Of a stretch of 40,901 nt of DNA, positions 16,192-24,711 are shown piece by piece. Made by a program: the position numbers and the translations under genes. The first letter of the stretch is position 1; each line of letters begins with the position of its first letter. Below the pieces are notes generated by a model, which saw only the letters and a program-made list of their open reading frames with translations, was not told the DNA's origin and ran no database searches. This DNA comes from Candidatus Heimdallarchaeota archaeon (lineage in GTDB: Archaea; Asgardarchaeota; Heimdallarchaeia; Hodarchaeales; Hodarchaeaceae), in the NCBI GenBank assembly GCA_048881705.1, contig JBHLSH010000028.1:1-40901 (forward strand), given 5' to 3'.

Positions 16192-18690
16192 ATGTTTACC
16201 ACATTCTTTCAGTTAGACCTATTTGAACAATTAGTTCTCATAGGAGTGATCTTGGTCGCGATTCTGAGCTTTGTATACTCATGGTGGCTCAGAAACGACG
16301 TCATGAGGCAAAAAACTGGTACTGAAGATATGCAAACTGTCTGGCGAGCTATCAAGGAGGGGGCCGATGCGTATCTCGGTAAGCAGCTTAGATCAATTTT
16401 ACCCATTGTGGTTATTTTGACGGGTGCTCTTTTCTTAAGCGTATGGTTGGTTCATCCATCGAGAGCGGCACAGACTGAATTCGGACCCGGTACCCTTGCT
16501 GCGAGTCTCGGACTCGATCCGACATTAATGATAGCACTGGGAAGAACATTCGCATTTATTCTAGGTGCAAGCTTTTCACTTATGGTTGGTCAGTTTGGAA
16601 TGCGTATTGCTGTTCAGGGTAACCTTCGAGTTGCCGCCGCTGCGGCAAGCGCAACAGATGAATCAGGCAATGTTTTAGACGTTGACAGACGTTACAATAA
16701 AGCGCTTTCCATAGCTTATCACGCAGGTACTGTAACAGGCATGTTGACCGATGGCTTCGGTTTATTAGGAGGTACAGTGATTTTTATAATTTTTGGAACT
16801 GCGGCACCCGATGCCTTGTTAGGCTTTGGTTTTGGGGGAACAATTCTTGCACTCTTTATGCGAGTGGGAGGAGGTATTTATACAAAAGCAGCAGATGTAG
16901 GCGCTGATCTTGTCGGGAAGGTTGAAGCTCAAATACCTGAAGATGACCCTCGTAACGCCGCGGTAATCGCTGATCTCGTGGGAGACAATGTTGGTGATTG
17001 CGCAGGAATGGCGGCAGATATTTTTGAATCCTACGAAGTAACGATCGTCTCCTCACTGATCCTTGGCCTCTTCCTCTATCAGCTTGCCTTGGATGCAGGG
17101 CAACCCTTAGCCCAATCAGTGATTTGGATCATGTTCCCTCTTATAGTTCGTGGCATTGGAGTGGTTAGTTCCATCGTTGGTACTTTCGCTGTTGCCCTCT
17201 GGAAAACGCCCGATGCTGAGAAGGCAATGTTCAATTCCTATGAACTTTCCAGTGCCATCACAATTTTCACATCCTTTCTCTTTGCGACCTTCTACGCTGG
17301 AGATTGGCGCCTCGCCTTGCTAATTGCCACTGGGGTGATGCTAGCAGTCTCTTTTAATCCTATTACAGCCCGATTTACGGCTAAGGAGCGTGGTCCAGTT
17401 CAAGAAGTTGTCGATTCGATGCACGGCGGTCCGGCAACAACAATATTGTCTGGTTTAGCACTTGGATACGAATCTTCTGTTTGGGCTGTGGCAGCGATTT
17501 GTATTTCGTTTGTGGTTGCAGTTGCAACATTTCTTATCCTTCCTGGGAATCAACTCATCGTTTCGATACTACCTGTACCGAAACTATACATTGATACGGA
17601 TAGCATACTCCAATATATGTTGTACGGTATCAGCTTGATTGGGATCGGAATGTTATCTCACACAGGTAACAATGTTGCGATGGATTCATTCGGCCCTATC
17701 AGTGATAACGCACAAGGCATCGCTGAAATGACCTCCATGGATAAAGAGTCAGCTAGTGTATTGGAAGAGCTTGACGCAGTAGGAAACACAACTAAAGCCA
17801 TAACGAAAGGCATTGCAATTGCAAGTGCAGTTATTGCTGCAGTGAGTCTCTTTGCTTCATTTGTAACAGATATTCAAGTTGTTGTCGATAGCTTACGAAG
17901 TGAGTTTCCTGATATTGTAAATCCGTTGGCTGATGGCTTACGTGTGAATATCCCCGCAGTGTTCGTAGGATTACTCCTTGGTGCGGCGCTACCTTGGATC
18001 TTCGCTGCATTCAATATTCGGGCAGTGAGTCGTGCGGCTGGTGACATTATCGAGGAAGTGAGAAGACAATTCAAAATTCCAGGGGTGATGGAAGGAACAA
18101 AAAAGCCAGATTATAGACAAGCTGTAGGAATTTCCACGGCTGCAGCCCAAAAAGAGTTGGTGAGCCTTGCAGTAATCGCAGTATCAGTTCCTATTATGGT
18201 TGGAATTCTATTTGGCGTCCTGATTGCCCAAGGAGGTGCCATGACTGGTTTATCGGAAGATGCTCTCCATACCATCGGTTCGGGGGTTGAAGTTCTAGGA
18301 GGATTTCAAGCAGGAATCATCGCATCTGGACAATTATTGGCTGTTTTCATGGCTAATGCTGGGGGAGCATGGGATAATGCGAAGAAAGCTATCGAAGATG
18401 AAGCTCAGGATATAGAGAAGAACATGGGAAAAGGTTCAGAACGTCATAAAGCAGGTGTCGTTGGGGATACTGTTGGGGATCCCCTAAAAGATACCGCAGG
18501 TCCTGCTATAAACCCCATGATCAAAGTAGTGAACTTAGTGAGTCTAATTTTAGCTCCACTTCTTGTTGAATCTAGTCATGATCCGCAATTGAGTCTCATA
18601 TTAACTTTGGTCGCGGCGGCACTGTTTGTACTGTTTGTGTGGGCGTACAGGAAAAGTAACCGAAGAATGGCTGCCCTAGGTGAATCATGA
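16192..18690 (+). CDS. hppA: Membrane-bound H+-translocating pyrophosphatase, K+-independent type
   Basis: GGGIYTKAADVGADLVGKVE, EDDPRN, DNVGD, GNTTKA (Lys at the K+-dependence determinant), GGAWDNAKK, GDTVGDPLKDTAGPAINP. Confidence 0.96.
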   Translation: MFTTFFQLDLFEQLVLIGVILVAILSFVYSWWLRNDVMRQKTGTEDMQTVWRAIKEGADAYLGKQLRSILPIVVILTGALFLSVWLVHPSRAAQTEFGPGTLAASLGLDPTLMIALGRTFAFILGASFSLMVGQFGMRIAVQGNLRVAAAAASATDESGNVLDVDRRYNKALSIAYHAGTVTGMLTDGFGLLGGTVIFIIFGTAAPDALLGFGFGGTILALFMRVGGGIYTKAADVGADLVGKVEAQIPEDDPRNAAVIADLVGDNVGDCAGMAADIFESYEVTIVSSLILGLFLYQLALDAGQPLAQSVIWIMFPLIVRGIGVVSSIVGTFAVALWKTPDAEKAMFNSYELSSAITIFTSFLFATFYAGDWRLALLIATGVMLAVSFNPITARFTAKERGPVQEVVDSMHGGPATTILSGLALGYESSVWAVAAICISFVVAVATFLILPGNQLIVSILPVPKLYIDTDSILQYMLYGISLIGIGMLSHTGNNVAMDSFGPISDNAQGIAEMTSMDKESASVLEELDAVGNTTKAITKGIAIASAVIAAVSLFASFVTDIQVVVDSLRSEFPDIVNPLADGLRVNIPAVFVGLLLGAALPWIFAAFNIRAVSRAAGDIIEEVRRQFKIPGVMEGTKKPDYRQAVGISTAAAQKELVSLAVIAVSVPIMVGILFGVLIAQGGAMTGLSEDALHTIGSGVEVLGGFQAGIIASGQLLAVFMANAGGAWDNAKKAIEDEAQDIEKNMGKGSERHKAGVVGDTVGDPLKDTAGPAINPMIKVVNLVSLILAPLLVESSHDPQLSLILTLVAAALFVLFVWAYRKSNRRMAALGES

Positions 18691-18763
18691 TTCCTTGGGG
18701 TATCTCCAATCTTTTTTTTCATTTTAGATACTTACTTCATCAAAGATGAAATTGGAATAAAGC

Positions 18764-19234
18764 GTGAGACAAATGAATTCAGGAAATCCAGAAACCGACT
18801 CAGAACGAAGTTTGCTGCTGATTAAGCCTGATGGGGTTAGAAGAGGCCTTATAGGCCAGATCATTGCTCGAGTAGAATCAAAGGGACTCGAAATCATCGG
18901 ATTGAAGATGGTTAATCTAACTGATTCCCAAATCGATCGCCTTTATGACATCCATATCGGTAAGGACTTCTATACCGATTTGAAATCTTTTATCAGCTCT
19001 GGTCCAGTGGTTGCGGTTGCAGTACAAGGATCGAATGCTGTGAAAGTTGTTCGTAAATTATTGGGCGCTACTAATTCTATCGAAGCTCTACCTGGAACCA
19101 TTCGTGGCGATTTTGGCCTAGCTTTAACAAGGAATATAGCCCATGGTTCCGATGCTCCCGAACGCGCTCAATATGAATTATCGATTTTCTTTCCACCTGA
19201 GATTTCAGGAAGACACCCCTTGGATAAACTGTGA
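18764..19234 (+). CDS. ndk: Nucleoside diphosphate kinase
   Basis: LIKPDG, SGPVVA, PGTIRGDFG, RNIAHGSD (catalytic His). Start may be ATG 18773. Confidence 0.96.
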   Translation: MRQMNSGNPETDSERSLLLIKPDGVRRGLIGQIIARVESKGLEIIGLKMVNLTDSQIDRLYDIHIGKDFYTDLKSFISSGPVVAVAVQGSNAVKVVRKLLGATNSIEALPGTIRGDFGLALTRNIAHGSDAPERAQYELSIFFPPEISGRHPLDKL

Positions 19235-19899
19235 AAAGTGGAATCCTAGTGAAACAACGTACACCCTATTCACGTGTTAGGATCGAAAGCATATCACGGG
19301 GCGAAGTAATACAAGAACAAGAAGGGAGATGGCGCCTACTAACCCCCGATGATCGGTTCCTTTTTCGAGTATGGATTATGGGTATTATCACAGATAAAAC
19401 TGTTGATGACGATCGGGTTACCCTATCCATTGATGATGGAAGTGGGGTAGTACGAGTCATTGCATTAGATGGGAGGTTTGATGAATTCCAGCGCTGGGAT
19501 AGGGTTGAGGTTCTGGGAGCTATCACCGTTTCCCCTGTGGAGGACGAGGTGGATGTCACGATCACACCTGATATCGTTACACGAATTACAGATGATAACT
19601 GGTTTTTGGTGCATCGATTGAAGATACTAGAAAACAGGAAAGTGACAACGGTCGATACCGTTCGATCGGCTGTAGTGGGAGGAATAGAACTCACAGGAGC
19701 AGTCTCGATTGAGGATCTGAAGGCCAAACTGAAGCAGGCTGTAAAAAGATTAGATGCTGGTTCTGGTGTAGGATACGACCAATTGATTGCAGAATTTCCG
19801 AAGATTGATGAAGAGCAAATTTCTGCCGCATTATCGGAACTATTGGATTCGGGAGAATTTTTCGAACCCAATCCAAGCGTGTATTCCTATATTGAGTGA
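19231..19899 (+). CDS. RPA32/RPA2-like OB-fold protein with C-terminal winged helix
   Basis: OB fold RVWIMGII...IDDGSG...VEVLG; C-terminal wHTH GVGYDQLI...EEQISAALSELLDSGEFFEPNPSVY. GTGA overlap with ndk. Confidence 0.8.
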   Translation: MKSGILVKQRTPYSRVRIESISRGEVIQEQEGRWRLLTPDDRFLFRVWIMGIITDKTVDDDRVTLSIDDGSGVVRVIALDGRFDEFQRWDRVEVLGAITVSPVEDEVDVTITPDIVTRITDDNWFLVHRLKILENRKVTTVDTVRSAVVGGIELTGAVSIEDLKAKLKQAVKRLDAGSGVGYDQLIAEFPKIDEEQISAALSELLDSGEFFEPNPSVYSYIE

Positions 19900-20112
19900 T
19901 TTTGCCATATAAATTGCTGGTCATACTCTACTGAATGTTCCATTGGCTTATGGGAGTCAATCTACTAATCTTGTTAAACAGGATACATTAGAATATGTTT
20001 GTTTATGTAAGGAGAGCAATAATCCACTCTGATATGTATTGCTTGCTTCATTGGAGATTTTGGATTCAAATGGAAAAACACGTGATACTGCGACCCCGTC
20101 ATTAATGAAAAC

Positions 20113-20661
20113 CTAGGGACGATTCCACTGAAACGCATAATACCGTATCTGTTTGTCAGAGAGAACCGTTGCGATTACATAACGTTTCCGGACCGAAGTA
20201 GCCAGCCGCCCAGCACGAACCAAATCAATAGGTTCCAGACGAGATTTGTTTGGAATTACGGAAATAAGGAAAGGGGAATGATCGATACCGGGACCCCTTT
20301 TATAAACCGCAAAATCCGTCCCAAATTTCAATCCAGGGCGTACAATGTATCTTAAACGTCGAAGGTCGAGATAAACAGCATATAAATCTTCAAACTTGGC
20401 AAAGCGGTCTTTGCAAATCCTCTGGAACTCTTCTCTCTCAAGAGGTTTTAGTCCCTCTGTGATACTTATGACTTTTTTTTCTTGAAGAAATGCCGCTTCA
20501 AGTAAAGTAAGCTCAAGTGGCCTATCGAATCGGGGGGATTTTGGCTTCCGGATCCCAACAGGCTTTCCATAATAACCAAGTTGATAAACGCTGCTCCCAG
20601 CCTCAGGATCCCAAATTACGACCTGATTTCCGACCAATTGGGCAGGGATTGGTTTATCCAA
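20113..20661 (-). CDS. endA: tRNA-splicing endonuclease, catalytic (alpha) subunit
   Basis: LTLLEAAFL, VYLDLRR..YIVRPGLKFGTDFAVY (catalytic Tyr), GPGIDHS (His), RLATSVRK (Lys). Confidence 0.93.
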   Translation of the reverse strand: MDKPIPAQLVGNQVVIWDPEAGSSVYQLGYYGKPVGIRKPKSPRFDRPLELTLLEAAFLQEKKVISITEGLKPLEREEFQRICKDRFAKFEDLYAVYLDLRRLRYIVRPGLKFGTDFAVYKRGPGIDHSPFLISVIPNKSRLEPIDLVRAGRLATSVRKRYVIATVLSDKQIRYYAFQWNRP

Positions 20662-20690
20662 CAGTTATACACCAATTTTTGTGGATTTAT

Positions 20691-21398
20691 TCAAAGATTA
20701 TTGGCCTGTTGTTCTCTACGATTGAATTTAGGAGCAATCAAACGGATTAAAAGCATAATATCAATCATGATAATGGTAATCAGAAGGATGAGGGCCGCAT
20801 AAAAGTTTGCCCAAGAAATATCTTCAGGAGGCTCCATAGCTGTGATTTCTATGGAATTTGTCTCCGTAATTAATCTGATCGCGTTGGTTTCAGAATCATA
20901 ATATTCAATAACGGCAGCCTGTATACTAAATTTCCCGATCGCGTTGGCAGTGATAGAATAACCAAACACTCGCGTTTCATTAGGACCAATCTGTGCATAA
21001 GAAAGTTTATCTAACCCCGTGGTGTTAAAAATCCATGGATTTGAGAATCTTTCAATGTATGTAACATTATAGGCTGTTCGATTTCCGAAATTCCGAATAA
21101 TGACGGTAACAATTATTGTCTCCCCTAAAGTGACATCGGTCTTATCAATCGACTTCGTGGCAATTAGAGCAGGATACTCCTTCGAGACCTTCAAGGTAAT
21201 ATCATTCCCTGATGATATCACTCTTGTGTGGGGGATTGTTGCAAATGTAATTGGATAAATCATGGTAGATAGACAAATAAGCGCCACACACGCAATACTT
21301 AGGAGTGGCAGGAGATAAGAATGATAGGACCGCATTTTATTCATCACTCGAAGCCGTTTAGTCTGCGTTTCAATGGGCTTTTTTTCTATAGTTATCAA
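20691..21398 (-). CDS. TRAP-beta (SSR2)/BatD-like membrane protein
   Basis: N-terminal hydrophobic segment, Ig-like domain (LIATKSID...GETIIVTVIIRNFG..TAYNV...IGP...GKFSIQAAVIEY), C-terminal TM and basic tail; four N-x-T sequons. True start may be ATG 21344. Confidence 0.7.
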   Translation of the reverse strand: MITIEKKPIETQTKRLRVMNKMRSYHSYLLPLLSIACVALICLSTMIYPITFATIPHTRVISSGNDITLKVSKEYPALIATKSIDKTDVTLGETIIVTVIIRNFGNRTAYNVTYIERFSNPWIFNTTGLDKLSYAQIGPNETRVFGYSITANAIGKFSIQAAVIEYYDSETNAIRLITETNSIEITAMEPPEDISWANFYAALILLITIIMIDIMLLIRLIAPKFNRREQQANNL

Positions 21399-21443
21399 AT
21401 CGGGTAAAAAAACTTTTTTTCTCCAGTAGTAAAAAAGCGACTC

Positions 21444-22406
21444 ATGTCATCTCTTAGGTCATCTTCGTTGTTTGAGAAGAAATTTCTTTTTTTTGGCGGC
21501 AAAGGAGGAGTTGGAAAAACTACCATGGCTGCCGCCACAGCTATTCAGGCTGCCGATATGGGAATTCGCACTCTTCTTGTTTCCACAGATCCTGCACACT
21601 CAGTGTCGGACAGTCTGAACCAACAAATCGGAGGTGATACATATACTGAAGTCACGGGAGTCTCAGGACTTCAAGCTATTGAACTAGATACTCAAAATGC
21701 TATGCGGTCGTATTCTGATATTGTATCACAGCAAGATCCATCAGGGCTTATTTCCGATCTCCTTGGAAGTGATGACCCCTCCGCCTTGTCTCCTCCTGGT
21801 GCAGATGAAACAGTAGCTTTTATCCAACTTCTCGAATTCATTAGAAACCCTGAGTTTGATACCATCATTTTTGACACGGCTCCGACTGGACATACTCTTA
21901 GGTTGTTACAGCTCCCTGAAATGACACAAACATGGCTTTTTAGACTAATTAAAATGCGACAACGTCTCGGAGGAATAATGACTGGCATGAAAGCGTTTTT
22001 TGGAGGGGGATCAGGACCCAGCGAAAAAGAAGCTTTTGAAAAATTGGAAGAACTCCGAGATCAAGTAGAATTTGCCCGGGAGCATCTTCAAAATCCTCAA
22101 GAAACAGAATTCGTGGCGGTTACGATACCAACAATAATGGCATTATGGGAAACGGAGCGTCTTATCAAAGCATTATATGAAGTGGCCTTTCCAATCTCCA
22201 AAATCTATATCAACCAGGTTCAACCGGAGAATCCCCATTGTGCTTATTGTACGGCCCGTTTTGCCAATCAGAACGAAACATTGGCAAAAATCCATGAGCT
22301 GTACAATGAATACGAAGTTTCCGAGATCAAGATGTATGAACACGAAATTAGGGGAGTGGAAAACCTCCGAACACTTGCGGCTCTTTTGTATGGCGGTACA
22401 AAATAA
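21444..22406 (+). CDS. ArsA/Get3 (TRC40)-family ATPase, single domain
   Basis: GGKGGVGKTT, STDPAHS, PGADE, DTAPTGHTLRLL, ETERLI, C-terminal CAYC. Confidence 0.92.
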   Translation: MSSLRSSSLFEKKFLFFGGKGGVGKTTMAAATAIQAADMGIRTLLVSTDPAHSVSDSLNQQIGGDTYTEVTGVSGLQAIELDTQNAMRSYSDIVSQQDPSGLISDLLGSDDPSALSPPGADETVAFIQLLEFIRNPEFDTIIFDTAPTGHTLRLLQLPEMTQTWLFRLIKMRQRLGGIMTGMKAFFGGGSGPSEKEAFEKLEELRDQVEFAREHLQNPQETEFVAVTIPTIMALWETERLIKALYEVAFPISKIYINQVQPENPHCAYCTARFANQNETLAKIHELYNEYEVSEIKMYEHEIRGVENLRTLAALLYGGTK

Positions 22407-22536
22407 TAAAAATATGTCTCTCAGATTGGATGAAGATCTTTGTAGGATTGTATTGGAAAATGCATCCTCGTGGATTAATCGCAAAAAATCTGGGGAGAAC
22501 GAACGCTCCCAAGGTAACTGGGTAATGATATGTAGG

Positions 22537-23235
22537 TTAATCCTCGTCGTCCCAATTCTTCTTAATTCTCGCAAAAGCGGCCCTTAGTTCGTCATTCATT
22601 TGAGCTTTTAGAGCCATGGGAGACATACGAGCAGGAGATCCAGGTGCCTGCGGTTGTGATTGAGGAGCAACTCCTGGAGGCCCCGAACTAGGAGGAGAAA
22701 GGCCTGGAGGTGGGGGAAAGGACGAAGCAGGACCTGTAGACTGACCAAATCCTGGTAAGGGGGGTAGCCCAGATGGAGGAGATGAGGACGTATTCTGTGT
22801 TGGCGAACTTGAAGGAAGAGTAGGGGGAGACGGAAAATTGGAGCCTCCACTGCCAGGGGAAGGGGGGGGTGGGGGAGGAGTTCCTCCCATGGAGGGAGCG
22901 GGTGGTGGGGATGAAGTTGGAACTGCAGGCATGGGTGGGGGCGCAATTTCAGCAGAAGGAGTTGCAGGCGATCGTGTAGATGCTCCCATAATAGGACTAG
23001 GTGGAACTGGTGAAGCGACTGAAGGAGATGGAACATTTGTGGTAGGAGTTATTGCCCTTGAAGGAGTTGAACCAAGGGCCTCCAACCTCGCAGTAAGTGT
23101 ATTTACCTTCGCATCGAGCTCCTCGGTAATTTCTGCCAATTGAGAGACGAACAAGAAGAATTTTTTTGTCATTTCAACTAAAATTTGCACATTTCGGTCT
23201 TGATCTTCACCGAAAAATTCATCCAGGTTTGTCAC
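22537..23235 (-). CDS. Hypothetical protein: coiled coil + proline-rich region + C-terminal amphipathic helix and acidic Trp tail
   Basis: 232-aa ORF; aa ~15-54 heptad helix, aa ~57-203 Pro/Ser/Gly-rich with PPPPPP and FPPPP, C-terminus MNDELRAAFARIKKNWDDED. Confidence 0.8.
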   Translation of the reverse strand: MTNLDEFFGEDQDRNVQILVEMTKKFFLFVSQLAEITEELDAKVNTLTARLEALGSTPSRAITPTTNVPSPSVASPVPPSPIMGASTRSPATPSAEIAPPPMPAVPTSSPPPAPSMGGTPPPPPPSPGSGGSNFPSPPTLPSSSPTQNTSSSPPSGLPPLPGFGQSTGPASSFPPPPGLSPPSSGPPGVAPQSQPQAPGSPARMSPMALKAQMNDELRAAFARIKKNWDDED

Positions 23236-23413
23236 TATTAATACACATCACTAAGATCGTCTTTGGCACCAGTAACGAGGAAATCAGCTATTATTAACTG
23301 AAAACGGGGTAGTTTGTGTTACTATTATTATATACTTTCCGGTACCTTCGTTGTTTTTTATTTCTCCTTGAGATATTATAAGTCATCTCTTATTATGATA
23401 ATACTGTGAATAT

Positions 23414-23830
23414 TCAGTATTTCCATGACACAATTGAGTGTAGCGTGATTTCAATGACACAATTCGTATCTGCTAGGATCTCCTCCGCACTAGGATGTTT
23501 AAGGCTATTGAAATAGCGAAGGAGGATCTGTTCTGCGATTGAAACAACACGCCTATTGTCCAGTAGTATATGGGCGTCTCCAACTCCCATAACACCATAA
23601 ATGGGAGCACGGATGCCAGCATCCACACAAAAACTAATGCGTGGATCATTCAGGATGTTTTTAACTTTTTTTGTACGCGTATGGCTTCCAATGTAAAGTT
23701 TTCCACGGACATATTGATACCAGACGGGAACAACATGGGGATGACCGTCCTCATCTATTGTAGCCAAGTGAAGAAGTTTTTGATTGGCTAGGAATTCGAG
23801 TTTTTCATCCAATTGGAAAGCCTCACTCAA
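23414..23830 (-). CDS. Pyridoxamine 5'-phosphate oxidase-like split-barrel flavin/F420-binding protein
   Basis: LATIDEDGHPHVVPVWY, KKVKNILNDPRISFCVD, GVMGVGDA. Confidence 0.88.
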   Translation of the reverse strand: MSEAFQLDEKLEFLANQKLLHLATIDEDGHPHVVPVWYQYVRGKLYIGSHTRTKKVKNILNDPRISFCVDAGIRAPIYGVMGVGDAHILLDNRRVVSIAEQILLRYFNSLKHPSAEEILADTNCVIEITLHSIVSWKY

Positions 23831-23838
23831 AAAAATCC

Positions 23839-24705
23839 CTATAGACCGTATTGTTTTAATAAAAACGCAATTTTACATGCATCTCTGGTCTCTTTCACAT
23901 CATGGGTGCGTATAATATGCGCTCCAAGTGAAACTCCAATTGCTGTTGCGGCCAAAGATCCAAAGAGTCGTCCATCAGGTGGTTCGTTCAATACTTTGCC
24001 TATAAATGACTTTCGACTAATTCCAAGTAGGATAGGGCGCCCCAAAGATCTTAATTTGGGTAAATTCTTGAGAATGTTATAATCAGCCTCGATTTCACGC
24101 TCGGGTATCCATCCTCCCAGGCCAGGATCCACGACCATCTTAGAATCAGGAATTCCCGCATTTTGTCCAATGATTAGACTGTTTTGTAATTCGTCCAGGA
24201 TTTCTGACACGATATAGACATCTCCTGGTTTTTCACGGCATGACATAATGATTGCTGACGCTTGATGGTCTGCAATTACAATCGGTAGACGTTGATCGCT
24301 CTTAAACCCAGAAATGTCGTTAATGATTGTGGCTCCCTTCGAAAGGGCGTATTCTGCGGTTTTAGCAGATTGTGTATCTATTGACAGAGGTATTTCTTCA
24401 CCAATATCGTTGAAAGCATCGAAGAACTTAGATAGACGCTCTCGCTCGGTTGATTCCGAGACAACATCTGATCCCTGGTATAAAAACGCGGGAGCGCTGG
24501 AAATCGCCCCAACATCCAGGAAGTCTGCGCCAGCCTCCATCATCGCTGTTATTTGAGAACCAATCTCGAATTTTGAGGTTTTAACGCTCCCCTTGAAAAA
24601 CGACCCAGGAGATAGGTTAATTACACCCATGATTTGGGTAGGTTCCTTATCACCTAGGATTTTGCCACCAAGTATCCCTTCAATTAACACCTTATTCAAC
24701 CTCAA
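23839..24705 (-). CDS. folP: Dihydropteroate synthase
   Basis: IMGVINLSPGSF, GADFLDVGAISSAP, SIDTQ, INDISG, VDPGLG, GISRKSFIG, IIRTHDV. Confidence 0.93.
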   Translation of the reverse strand: MRLNKVLIEGILGGKILGDKEPTQIMGVINLSPGSFFKGSVKTSKFEIGSQITAMMEAGADFLDVGAISSAPAFLYQGSDVVSESTERERLSKFFDAFNDIGEEIPLSIDTQSAKTAEYALSKGATIINDISGFKSDQRLPIVIADHQASAIIMSCREKPGDVYIVSEILDELQNSLIIGQNAGIPDSKMVVDPGLGGWIPEREIEADYNILKNLPKLRSLGRPILLGISRKSFIGKVLNEPPDGRLFGSLAATAIGVSLGAHIIRTHDVKETRDACKIAFLLKQYGL

Positions 24706-24711
24706 TTGTCA

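Noticed and set aside
19900-20115. Open frame continuing past the endA TAG (possible amber readthrough) and short ORFs in the convergent gap
   Set aside because: EndA ends at the expected family C-terminus (WNRP), the extension has no motif, and no C/D boxes were seen.
22856-22876. G-rich tract with G-quadruplex potential
   Set aside because: Fully explained as the antisense of polyproline codons.
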